Below are positions 40,374 through 53,138 of a DNA stretch of 64,000 nt, piece by piece (within the stretch, counting starts at the first letter, position 1; the number at the start of each line of letters is the position of its first letter). Source of the stretch: Eledone cirrhosa. Its lineage: Eukaryota. The DNA lies in the NCBI GenBank assembly GCA_964016885.1, contig OZ024742.1, forward strand, positions 239,196,001 to 239,260,000. The letters run 5' to 3'. Below the pieces are notes generated by a model, which was not told the DNA's origin, did not search any database, and was given only the letters and a program-made list of their open reading frames with translations. A program made the position numbers and the translations under genes.

Positions 40374-40780
40374 TTTATATCTATGAAAACTTAGGAAAGA
40401 CAACATGGAAAGAAATGCTAAAGCTAAAAGTGTGCATTTGCAAATATAGACTATAGGGCAAGAGAGCGGTAATATGTCAAACCCTTTTAGCTTTAGCATA
40501 TCTTTCCTAAGTTTTCATAGATATAAATTCCCTGTTCTTCTGAGTTTTGGCTTGTTCTGGCTGTTAATACTTCTTGTCTCTTTACTTGCTCTGATGAGTC
40601 CCTATTAATGGGACGAAACACTGTCAGCTAATAAAGACTTTTGATGTATTGAAGGCTTCTTTGTTTATTCTTTATAATTTTACGGGTCTGTTGAATTACA
40701 TTGAGCTATACCTTTACTGTCATTTCTCTAATACGACGAGTGTGTTTAACTCAAACGCACTCAAGTATTTTAATCTTATA
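40373..40780 (+). mobile_element. Hammerhead unit with a 5' partial inversion
   Basis: atttatatctatgaaaacttaggaaaga and atgctaaagctaaaag recur inverted at 40484-40528. Confidence 0.7.
40588..40628 (+). ncRNA. Hammerhead ribozyme
   Basis: gct CTGATGA gtccc-tattaat-gggac GAAA cactg TC agc t AATAAA. Confidence 0.9.
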
Positions 40781-40797
40781 TATATATTTATGTATAT

Positions 40798-41140
40798 GGA
40801 GGCACATGGCTTAGTGGTTAGAGCATTGGCCTTGCAATCGAAAGGTTGTGAGTTCAATTCTCAGACCGGGTGATGTGTTGTTTCCTTGCGCAAGACTCTT
40901 TATTTCACATTGCTCCAGTTTCCTCAGCTGTAGAAATGAGATGATAGGGACTGGGGTCCCTATCATTCCACTGCAAAGTGGTCGTGGAGGTGCCACGGTA
41001 AAAAAAGCACCCACCACTCACTGCAAACAAGGTTGGTGTTAGGAAGGGCATCCAGCTGTAGAAATCAAGCCAGAATCTGTTCCCGTCCCACCCTTGCAAG
41101 CAGGGAAAAGCGGACGTAAAATGAAATGATGAATGATGAT
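40798..41140 (+). mobile_element. tRNA-headed SINE
   Basis: Same family as 24253-24630. Confidence 0.88.
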
Positions 41141-41145
41141 ATATT

Positions 41146-41198
<53 letters not shown>

Positions 41199-41229
41199 GT
41201 ATATATATATATTTATGTATATATACATA

Positions 41230-41262
<33 letters not shown>

Positions 41263-41564
41263 TAATACAAAAACAGAGATAGTTTAAAGCTAATCTCTGA
41301 CTGGTAACCATCTCACTCAACAAACATTAGGTTATATTTTAATATAAACCCAATTTAAGTGTTTGGGGTGCTAACAATATGTATTATGTGGAAAAGCCAG
41401 TTGTATTATTTTATGAGATATAATTAAAGTTAAAATATATCTCTCTTTCCAAACAATTGTTTCATTATAAGTTATCTACAAATTCGGAGAATATTTCCAG
41501 TTTATGTAGAAGCCTAATATACATTCATGTAAGAATATATTTAGGTGGGCGCTTATAAATCATA

Positions 41565-41650
41565 TATATATATATTTATGTATAGATACATATCTATATT
41601 TATGTATATATACATATATATATATATTTATGTATATATATATATATATT

Positions 41651-41702
<52 letters not shown>

Positions 41703-42056
41703 TATGTATATATATATATTTATGTATATATATATATATATTTATGTATATATATATATTTATGTATATATATATATATTTATGTATATATATATATTTA
41801 TGTATATATATATATTTATGTATATATATATATTTATGTATATATATATATATTTATGTATATATATATATTTATGTATATATACATATATATATATATT
41901 TATGTATTTATATATATAAATATTTATGTATATATATATATTTATGTATATATACATATATATATATATTTATGTATATATATATATATAAATATTTATG
42001 TATATATATATATATTTATGTATATATGTATATATACATATATATATATATTTATG

Positions 42057-42087
<31 letters not shown>

Positions 42088-42200
42088 TTATATTATATAT
42101 ATATATATATATATTTATATTATATATATATATATATATTATATATATATATTTATGTATATATACATATATATATATATTTATGTATATATATATATAA
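41565..42200. repeat. (TA)n-TTTATG compound microsatellite
   Basis: Low complexity. Confidence 0.95.
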
Positions 42201-42240
42201 GACCTACGTAGATTATATATATATAAGATTATATATATAT

Positions 42241-42918
42241 AAGACCTACGTAGATTAGAGAGAAACGAAGCCTGCATGCTCCGATGGATGTGTAACAGTA
42301 ATATACGTGAACGACAAAGCATAAATGAATTGAGAGAGAGACTGAGCATAAGAGGAATCAAATGCTGCGTGCAGGAGAGGCGGTTACGCTGGTATGGACA
42401 TGTGATGCGTATGAAGGATGACAGCTGCATAAAAAGGTGCAGAGCACTAGAAGTTGATGGAAACCGCGGAGTGGGGAGACCCAAGATGACTTGGGATGAG
42501 GTGATAAAAGCCGACCTTACCCAACTACACCTCTCAAAGTCAATGACACACGACCGTGACTTCTGGCGTCACGCAGTAATACAGGGTACCCGACCTCCCA
42601 TGGGTACATGCTGAAGCATATAAACAATATGCCCCCCCCCCCCCCACCGCAAGGTGGTCGTGGAGGTGCCACGGCAAAAAAGCACCCAGCCCACACTGTA
42701 AAGTGGACGTGTAGGCGCCACGAAAAAGCACCCAGCACTCACTGTAAATGAGGTTGGTGTTAGGAAGGGCATCCAGCTGTAGAAATCAAGCCAGATCAGT
42801 TCCTGTATGAGCAAGGCATGGTCAGCCGACCAGACACTGCCCACAACAGGACAACCCGTCTAACCCATGCTAGCGTGGAAGAACGGACGTAAAACGGTGA
42901 TGATGATGATGATGATGA
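42241..42918 (+). mobile_element. RTE (family A-related) 3' fragment with UTR
   Basis: ORF 42276-42614 [18 protein letters not shown]; (GAT)n tail. Confidence 0.9.
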
Positions 42919-42944
42919 TATATATTTATGTATATATATATATT

Positions 42945-42977
<33 letters not shown>

Positions 42978-42996
42978 TTATGTATATATATATATT

Positions 42997-43029
<33 letters not shown>

Positions 43030-43169
43030 TTATGTATATATATATATTTATGTATATATACATATATATATATATATTTATGTATATATACATATATATA
43101 TATATTTATGTATATATACATATATATATATATTTATGTATATATGTATATATACATATATTTATGTAT

Positions 43170-43523
43170 TTCATCATTTCATTTTTCATCATTTCATTTT
43201 ACGTCCGCTTTTCCCTGCTTGCAAGGGTAGGACGGGAACTGATTCTGGCTTGATTTCTACAGCTGGATGCCCTTCCTAACACCAACCTCATTTACAGTGA
43301 GTGCTGGGTGCTTTTTTGCCGTGTCACCTCCACGACCACTTTGCAGTGGAATGATATGGACCCCAGTCCCTATCATCTCATTTCTACAGCTGAGTAAACT
43401 GGAGCAATGTGAAAAATAAAGTATCTTGCTCAAGGAAACAACACATCACCCGGTCTGAAAATTGAACTCACAACCTTTTGATTGCAAGGCCAATGCTCTA
43501 ACCACTAAGCCATGTGCCTCCAC
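43170..43523 (-). mobile_element. tRNA-headed SINE
   Basis: Same family as 40798-41140. Confidence 0.88.
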
Positions 43524-43524
43524 A

Positions 43525-43559
43525 TGTATATATATATATATATACATATATATTTATAT

Positions 43560-43593
<34 letters not shown>

Positions 43594-43594
43594 A

Positions 43595-43629
<35 letters not shown>

Positions 43630-43630
43630 T

Positions 43631-43722
<92 letters not shown>

Positions 43723-43796
43723 ATTTATATATATTATATATATATATTTATATATATTATATATATATATTTATATATATTATATATATATATTTA

Positions 43797-43841
<45 letters not shown>

Positions 43842-43867
43842 ATTTATATATATTATATATATATATT

Positions 43868-43899
<32 letters not shown>

Positions 43900-43921
43900 A
43901 TTTATATATATTATATATATA

Positions 43922-43972
<51 letters not shown>

Positions 43973-43985
43973 GTTATATATATAT
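43525..43985. repeat. (TA)n microsatellite
   Basis: Low complexity. Confidence 0.95.
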
Positions 43986-44164
43986 TTCGTTTCTGAATTT
44001 GTTTAGCAAGATTCTTTATCTGAAATCGTGTGTTGAAACCGATATTGTTATACTTGTTACACCCGGATGTGGCGCATGCGCAAACTGAGCACGCAACCCG
44101 CACACAAACAAAATGGCGTAGGATAGAAGAAAGGAAAGGCACAGAAACGAAGAAAGAAATCCCC

Positions 44165-44209
44165 AGTCACTGAAGAGGTCACAGAGTGTGTGACGAAAGA
44201 ACTATGACT
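44165..44209 (+). ncRNA. Hammerhead ribozyme
   Basis: agtca CTGAAGA g gtcaca-gagtg-tgtgac GAAA gaac TA tgact. Confidence 0.85.
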
Positions 44210-44381
44210 ATATATATATAAACAACTATCTGGTTGTGGAACCAACCAACCAACCAGAAATTTATAAATTTGTAAATTTATAAATATATAATAAATTAAA
44301 TTGAAGTGAAAGCAACTGGTGCGTGTGTTTCTTATTGGCAACATGACCCTCCCAAAGTATAACAATATTATATATATATGT

Positions 44382-44413
<32 letters not shown>

Positions 44414-44597
44414 ATATATAAATGAAAAGAATAGAAATTGTTGTAGCGAGAAGATAACAGTATTCCATAACATATATGCGACTATAGCGTCAAAATGGGA
44501 AAATAGTTAACATAAAATATGGGAAAAATAATTCAGACTCAATTCAAAAGGAATCAGGATATAGAGAATATCCAACAGAATTTAGAGAAATCCAGGG

Positions 44598-44752
<155 letters not shown>

Positions 44753-44775
44753 GTATATATATATATATATATATT

Positions 44776-44818
<43 letters not shown>

Positions 44819-44825
44819 TTATTAA

Positions 44826-46640
44826 AATAACAGATTAAAGTTTAAGCAAAGAATCGCTGCTATCATCCTTAACGGGATCTTCTGAAACTAACAAAGTCAA
44901 TCTGTGAACGCAGATGTGAATATTTCAAAAAACGTTGCAACCGGAGGAAGACAGGAAGATGATACTTTGGTTCGTGGAATCGTTCCCTGGCAAAGAACGG
45001 GAAAAAACGAATATAATACGCCATTATTTGGAGCGGTGAAAAACAATTACATGCAAACACAAAACCACGTTTATGGTATAAAAGAAGTCGTAGACTAATA
45101 TTCTATTAGGTGGTTCATAGAGACATCCACTGGCAATGAACGGAAAAAACGAAGATAATACGTCATATGTGGAGCGTGGAGAACAATTGCACCCAAAGAT
45201 AAAACCACGTAAATGGTATAACTGAAGTCGTAGACTAAAATTCTAAGTAGGAAACCGAATGATTCTTGGCTTCAGAGTTAAGAATAAAGTAAATAAAATA
45301 CAGAGGTAATTGAAATTAAATAAATACATACACGCATCCATATACGTACATACACAAGCATACGCGAAAACAATCGCCATAGGTATACAAATACACGCAC
45401 GTACCCCCCCCCCCCCCCCCGCATGCACATACAGAACCAACGCAACACCTGTACCCGCACGCATACGAATGTATACACCAAATACACATAAAAATATATA
45501 TATATATATATGTGTGTGTGTGCGTGTATACATATAATTAAATAAACATATAAATAAATACGTATATAACAAGCGCACACACATACCTACATGTAAATAC
45601 ACATTTGTTCGGAGACGTACGTCAACCAAAACACGCACCCTACATACGTACGAAACCGCATACTCAAACAGACGCAAAACTCACGTATACATATAACCAA
45701 AAGCATATGTACTAGAATATATAATATATACTCCATAACATATACAATCAAATATACGTACGAGAAAGTATACGTACCTTCACAAAACATACAGGTAATA
45801 TATACTTACCTATACAAGTAAGTAATGGTATAAACATAAAATATACTTAGCTACCACATCAAGATGTAAAATATCCGCGTATAGTTTGTACTATCCATTA
45901 GGGTATAATGCGGGGCTGTAATACAGGAAAGTTTTGTGCAATTTGTTTACAAGCCGAAATTGCCTCAGATTTTTTGTTTAAGATGTGGTCTTTGGCGTAG
46001 AGTATTTCCAGGGCCTCAGCAGCGCAGAGATCACATGGTCTTTCACTTCTGTTATACGATCTAGCTCTAGCTAGGATCTCCCAGTGTAACTTATATTGGG
46101 TGTGGTTGTCTTTTAGACTCCAGATATAAGCTGAAAGTGACGTCATATTCCTTCTTAGAAGGTTAAGAAAAGAATGGGTATGCATGTAAAGACGCTGCTT
46201 GAATCTGTTGGCGGTTAACCCGATGTAGGCCCTATGGGACGTGGGTGTTTCAACCTTACATTTGTAGACAATGTTACTAGAGAGGCATTTCCCAGATAGG
46301 GGGCAGTCACCTTGGTTCCTAAAATTACAGTTAGTACTAGCTACAGGGTTGCACGTGTTCCTACGGCTAGGTAATTTAGCTAAATTTGAAGCAGTGATGT
46401 TATGTGCAAGGTTAGGAGGCGTAGAGTAAGAAATTTTAATGGTATTTCTATTAAAAATTTTATTATATTTATGTGCTGGGGGGAAATACTTCATAATAAG
46501 GGAGAGAAAGATCTTAGCTAATGGTGTGGCCACCTCCATATTATATGGTGGGTTATACTATATAATGCGTCGGGATCTATTTTTCCTAGATCTATGCTCA
46601 TACTCGGTATATGCTGCCTTATCGACAAATCCACTCTGAG
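44826..46640 (-). mobile_element. Penelope-like element, GIY-YIG end plus 3' region (left arm)
   Basis: ORF 45898-46539: KISYSTPPNL..CPLSGKC..IVY..YIGLT..FKQRL..H..SF..CDLC..LNKKSE. Confidence 0.92.
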
Positions 46641-46659
46641 CAAGAGCTTCATTGTAATA

Positions 46660-48331
46660 AATTGTCTTACTCTACGACTCCTAACCTTGCACATAACATC
46701 ACAGCTTCAAATTTAGCTAAATTACCTAGCCGTAGGAACATATGCAACCCTGTAGCTAGTACTAACTGTAATTGTAGGAATCGGATTGACTGCCCCCTAT
46801 CCGGGAAATGCCTCTCTAGTAACATTGTCTACAAATGTAAGGTTTAAACACCCATGTCCCGTAGGGCCTACATAAGGTTAACCACCAATAGATTCAAGCA
46901 GCATCTTTACATGCATACCCATTCTTTTCTTAACCCTTTAATAAGGAATATGACGTCACTTTCAGCTTATATCTGGAGTTTAAAAGACAACCACACTCAA
47001 TATAGGTTACACTGGGAGATCCTAGCTAAGGCTAGATCGTATAACGGAAATAAAAGACCATGTGACCTCTGCGTCGCTGAAGCCCTGGAAATACTCTACG
47101 CCAATGACCACATCTTAAACAAAAAATCTGAGGCAATTTCGGCTTGTAAACATAAATTGCACAAAACTTTCCTGTATTACAGCCCCACATTATACCCTAA
47201 TGGATAGTACAAGCTATACGTGGATAATTTATGTCTTGATGTGGTAGCTAAGTATATTTTATGTTTATACCATTACTTATTTGTATAGGTAAGTATATAT
47301 TACCTGTATGTTTTGTGAAGGTAGGTATACTTTCTCGTACGTGTATTTGCTTGTATTTGTTATAGGCATATATATTATATTATATATACTGGTACATGGG
47401 TTATGGTTATGTGTATACGTGAGTTTTGCGTTTGTGTGTGTATGTGGGTTTGCACGTATGTAGGGTGTGTGTATATGTGTACTTTGTGTTTTGGTTGACG
47501 TTCATTTAGCGAACATGTTTTTACATGTAGGTATGTGTGTGCACGCGTTATATACGTATTTATGCATGTATATTTATATACGTTTATATAATTATATGTA
47601 TACACGCACGCACACACACACACACACACACACAGACATACACACACACATATTTTTTTTATATATGTTTTATGTGTATTTGGTGTATACGTTCGTATGT
47701 GTGCGGGTACAGAAGTTATGTGGGTTTTTGATTGTGTGCGTGTGTTTTTGTGTACGTGCCTGTATTTGCATACCCATGGCGGATGTTTTCGCGTATGCAT
47801 GTGTATGTACGTATATGGATGCGTGCATGTATATATTTAATTATTGTTGATTTCAATAACCTCTGTAATTTATTTACATTTTTCTTAACTCTGAAGCCGA
47901 GAATCATTCGGTTTCCTAAATAGAATTTTAGTCTACGACTTTAGTTATACCATAAACGTGGTTTTGTCTTTGCGTGTAATTGTTCTCATCGCTCCACATA
48001 ATGATGTATAATCTTCGTTTTTCCATTCTTTGCCAGGGAACATCTCCACGAACCACCTAATAGAATATTAGTCTACGATTTCATTTATACCATAAACGTG
48101 GTTTTGTCTTTGCTTGTAATTGTTCTCACCGCTCCAAATAATGGCGTATTATCTTCGTTTTTTTCCATTCTTTGTCTCCACGAACCAAAGTATCGTCTTC
48201 CTGTCTTCCTTCGGTTGCAACATTTTTCGAAATATTTACTTCTGCGTTCACAGATTGATTTTTTTTAGTTTCACAAGATCCCGTTAAAGGTGAAAGCAGC
48301 GATTCTTTGCTTAAACTTTAATCTGTTATTA
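46660..48331 (+). mobile_element. Penelope-like element, inverted copy (right arm)
   Basis: ORFs 46611-46847 and 46854-47207; the 3' region mirrors the left arm out to aatctgttatt. Confidence 0.92.
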
Positions 48332-48419
48332 AATATTTGCTCTACGGTTCTTATATATTTGATATATATTTATCCTTATCGAGCCCTCTTTGGATTTTAG
48401 TCTTCAAATTTATTATTAT

Positions 48420-48470
<51 letters not shown>

Positions 48471-48480
48471 ATATATATAT

Positions 48481-50135
48481 ATCATCTTCATCATCATCAT
48501 CATTTGACGTCCGCTTTGCCCTGCAAAGGGTGGGATGGGTCCTATTCAGCACAGCATCTCTCCACTTCTCATGGTCCTTCGTCATCTCCACCGTGAGCTT
48601 CAGTGATCTGAGGTCTGCTCTCACCACCTCCACCCATGATTTTCGTGGTCTACCTCTACCACGTCTTCCTTCAACTGGCATTTCCTAGCACTTCTTCACC
48701 CATCAGTCATCCGCCATGCGCATCACATGTCCATACCACCTCAGTCTCCTCTCTCGCACACTACAATCTATCCCTCTCAGACACAGTTTCTCTCTCAACA
48801 CATCCATGCTTAGTCGTTCTTGCACATTTACATTGCACATCCTACGGAGCATGTTTGCCTCATTTCTCTCCAGCCGTCGCATCTCCTCTGCAGTTGCTGC
48901 CCATCTCTCACTACCATGCAACATCGCGCTCCTCACACAGGCATCATCTAACCGGCCTTTCGTACACAGGGAGAAACCCTTCATCGTCAGCAGAGGGAGC
49001 AGCTCCCTAAATTTCTTCCAACCCGCCCTTATTCTAGATACTATGGCCTCGGAACACCCCCTCCCATGCTAATCTGATCTCCTAGGTACCGGAAGCTATC
49101 AACCACTTCTATAGCACCCACCTGCATTTGAAAAATGTGTCTATCAATGCGATTTCTACTGTTTAATTTCCCTTCACATCTACTGCATACATATTTCTCC
49201 CTACCTGTTAGTTTGCCTGCTATCCCACTACATCTCTTGTGTACCCAAGATCTGCATTGTGTGCATTTTATAGAATTTATACCAGTTCCTTTTCTGCATA
49301 TCGAACATGACCATTTCCCTGACGGAATCAGGGTTTTGTCCTCTTTTCTACTCAACACTTTTGTCTTAGGTATCTTCACTCTCAGTCCTCTTGCTTCCAA
49401 CTGCTGTTTCCATAGCCAGAATTTATTCTCTAGCTCCTCTACTGATTCTGCTATAAGAACCAGATCGTCACCATAGAGAAGTTCTCATGGACAGCGAGTC
49501 TTAAACTCCTCTGTTATGACTTGGAGGACTATAATGAACAAGAGCGGGCTGAGTACCGAACCTTGATGTACTCCTACTTGCATCTGGAATTCCTCACTAA
49601 ACTCAATTCCTACCCTCACTTTACTGACAGCACCTCTGTACAAAGTTTGCACTGTCCTCACAATCCATTCCTCAACACCTCGTTTCCTTAGGGACCACCA
49701 GATGACAGATTGGGGTACCCTATCAAAGGCCTTCTCTAGGTCAACAAAAGCTAAGTATAGTGGCTTATTCTTCGCTAAGAACCTCTTTTGTAATTGTCTC
49801 ACCAAGAAGAGGGCATCTGTTGTACTTTTCCCAGGTTCAAAACCAAACTGCATCTCATCTAGTTTGACCGTTTCTCTAATTAGTTGTGCTAATATGCTTT
49901 CTGCCACTTTCATAACCTGATCCATCAGTTTTATACCCCTATAATTGCTCCTCTCCAGAGCATCCCCTTTACCTTTGTAGCAATTTATGAGAATACTGCT
50001 GCAACAGTCTTTAGGTATGACTCCACCATATATAGCTTGATTGACTATGCGTGCAATCAGTTTAGTACCTACTTCTGATGCCTTCAGTATCTCAGCAACT
50101 ATTGGTCCACCGCCTTCATTTCCTTAATTGCCTCT
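48481..50135 (-). mobile_element. RTE family B, 5'-truncated
   Basis: ORFs 49485-49925, 49041-49400, 48703-48984. Confidence 0.93.
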
Positions 50136-50243
50136 TTGACCCTATAGTCATCAGTCTATTTTATATATGTCTTATATGTGTGTATATATATATATATATA
50201 TTTTATATATGTATTATATATATATATATATTATATATATATG

Positions 50244-50291
<48 letters not shown>

Positions 50292-50293
<2 letters not shown>

Positions 50294-53020
50294 CTCTTTT
50301 ACCTGTTCCAGCCATCTGGCTGAGGCTATGCTGCGGCACCACCCTTGTTGCTACCCATTCTATCTCCAGCCTGTGTTGGCTGGTAATTGGTGTAAAAGGG
50401 AGTTCGTTGCTGCTACCTTTAGGTTACCTTCATGCGGTGCTTTGAGCTCACCCGGTCTCCTGATCAGCAGGGTGTCGAGATGTTTCTTGAAAATATCCAC
50501 ATCCACACCATGCAGATCTCTCAAATTCCTAGGCAGCTTGTTGAGTTGAGGGCTTTGAACCCCAGGTTATTTTAATATCTGTTCCTTATTCTAGATGTGA
50601 TATCCTGTTCAGGATTGGTCCAGCTCTCAATGCCAAAGTTTGGTGCTAGTCTCTCCAGGATTTTCTATATGTATATCACTGCATATCTCTCCCGTCTTCG
50701 TTTCAAGGAGTAGAGTTTCAGTTCTTTTAGCCTCTCCCAGTAGCTTATCTCCTTCATTGTGGCAATCCTCTTGGTGTAGCTTTGTTGGATTGCCTCAATC
50801 TCCGTGGTTAGTTTGATACTATGGGGTGACCACAGCTGGGAGCAATAGTCCAGGCGGCTTAGGACAAATGTCCTCCATTGTATCAACATGGTCTCATGGT
50901 CTCTTGTCCGGAAAGTCCTCAAGATTCAGTCAGAAGAAAAAGATGCATCGTTGCTCATGTCTATTCCCAGGTCTAGTATTGATTTTGACACAGGAATTTT
51001 AATCCCTCCTGGTCTGGTGTAGCTGTGTTATATTGTATTTGTGTTTGCAGGTTGCTATTGTAGGGCTTGAAATTTTCCTGCATTAAACTGCATGTTATTG
51101 TCCTCAGCCCATTTGTATATGACATTCAGATCTTGCATTCAACCCTGTCGAAGTCTTTTGCAAAGTCAAGATATTTCACGTTCACATGTGAGCTGTCTAG
51201 CAGTTGTTTCAGTACCCAGTTATAGTGTTGTAACAACTGTGTAAGGCAGCTTCTTCCTGGGTGAGAGCCATGCTACATGCTAGTTAGGTGGTTATTTTCC
51301 TCGAGGAACGTGATCAGTTTCTTTCTAAAGATTCGTTCCATGACCTTACTGATATGTGACGTCAGGGAGACTGGCCTGTAGTTTTTGGCCTCCACTCTGC
51401 TCCCTCCTTTATGGATAGGGCATATTTTACTTTCTTTTAGCTCTCTGGGCAGTTTACTGCTAGCCAAAGAACTTCTGAAGAGGGTCGTCAATGGTCTTGC
51501 TAAGGCATGCTTACATGTTTTTAGGAGCACTGCTGGGAATCCATCAGGTTCAGCAACTGAGTTTGTTCAAATTTCGTCTGTGGTGGATACCACATCTTCC
51601 TCCATTATGTCTTGTGGTTGATGGTCACCATTTCTTCATGGAGTGTTGTGGCATCAAAGAAATCGTCTGGTTTTCTTATTTCCATGTGCCTCAATGGAGG
51701 TGTGAACACACTTTTGTACTGTTCATTCAGTATTTCACTTATCTCTTGGGGATCCTCAGTTAATGAACCATCTTTATGGAAGAGTGGCCTAATCTTGCAG
51801 TGTACTGAGGCAGTCTCTTTTGCAAATTTAAAGAAAGCCTTAGTATTTGTTTTAATATTTTCTGTGGCCCTGATTTCTCTCTCTGCCCTTTCCTTTTCAT
51901 GGGAAAGTTTCAGTGCAGTTTCAATTTCAAGTAGTGCATGTTTCAGATAGGATTCCTTCTTGTTTTTTTGTTGTACATTTAACTGGTTTGACAGCTTAGT
52001 TCTTCGTATCATAAGGATTTTCCTGTCGCTGGGAAAACGATTTTTGTGTCCGTTGGCACTTTTCTCCGGGACAAACTTATGGCATATCATTTGTATTGTT
52101 GTCATGAAATGTTGAAAATGTGTGTTGGTGTCCTGTGTGGTGATGTTGTCGCTCCATTTTTGCTTCCGGATCTCTTTCTTGATTTTTTTCCAGTTAGCCT
52201 TGTGAAAGTTAAGGCTGGATAAGTTCCAGGTGCTTCTTAATGGTTTCGTCTCTGTTGACTCTCTCAGACCACATATCATTAATTCTACTAAGTTATGATC
52301 CAAGAAAATCGTTGGTGTCACCTTTACATTGTGAATGAACATTACATTGTTTGTAAAGCGGAGATCCAGGACATTCTTGCCTCTTGTTGGGAGGAGTACT
52401 GCTTGTTCCATTAACAGCCTGTGTGTGAGGGCCAGCAGGGACTCTGTCTCTGTTCAAGTGATGTCATACCAGCAAGGAGGTGGCCTTCAGGCCATTTGTC
52501 TTTTGGCAGGTTAAAGTCTCCCAGCAGCAGAATGTTGAGACCCTGGTCCAGTTTATCAAGTTTGTCATCCTTCTGAGGCTATCCTCAAATTTAATTTCAT
52601 GATTAGGGGCATCGGGTGGCTTATATGTGACACATTGCCGTTTTTAGTTGCTTCATATGTACTATCAGTGTCACAGACTGAGTTTGAATGCGCCAACAGT
52701 ACAATGGGTGTGACATCTTCACAGATGTACAGAGCAACCCCACCATGGGTTCTCTCCTTCCTGTCTGAACGAAATACAGTATATTTTGGTATGTATTTCC
52801 GCATCTGCTATACTGCTTATCAGGTGCGTTTCGGTTAGTGCCATGCATATTGCTTGATTGCTTATGGCTAAGTCTCTCAGGTAGGGAATATTTCTCATGT
52901 TAGTGAGTTTCACCAGGCCTCTGACATTCAATAGCAGCACTGGTGTGTCATTTGGGGTGTCAGCAATGGCTGTTGGTGTGGCACCTGGCCTGGTGTCAGC
53001 AGCGGCCACCCTGGGTCCCT
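50292..53020 (-). mobile_element. CR1-group LINE ORF2, degenerate with deletions
   Basis: LLNVRGL, LTETHL, FRSDR..GGVALY, GDFNLP, PTRGKNVLDL, YRPVSLTS..KVMER, SRLDYCSQLWSP, YWERLKELKLYSL. Confidence 0.85.
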
Positions 53021-53138
53021 TGATAGATAGATATAGATATATATTTTATATATGTATTATATATATATATTTTATATATGAATTATATATATATATTTTA
53101 TATATTTATTATATATATATATATATATATACATTTCA

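Noticed and set aside
40798-40870. tRNA-like sequence
   Set aside because: SINE head: no proper acceptor stem, and it continues into the SINE core in five copies.
47888-47916. ctgaag-ccga..tcgg hairpin as a hammerhead
   Set aside because: Lacks the GA and GAAA core residues.
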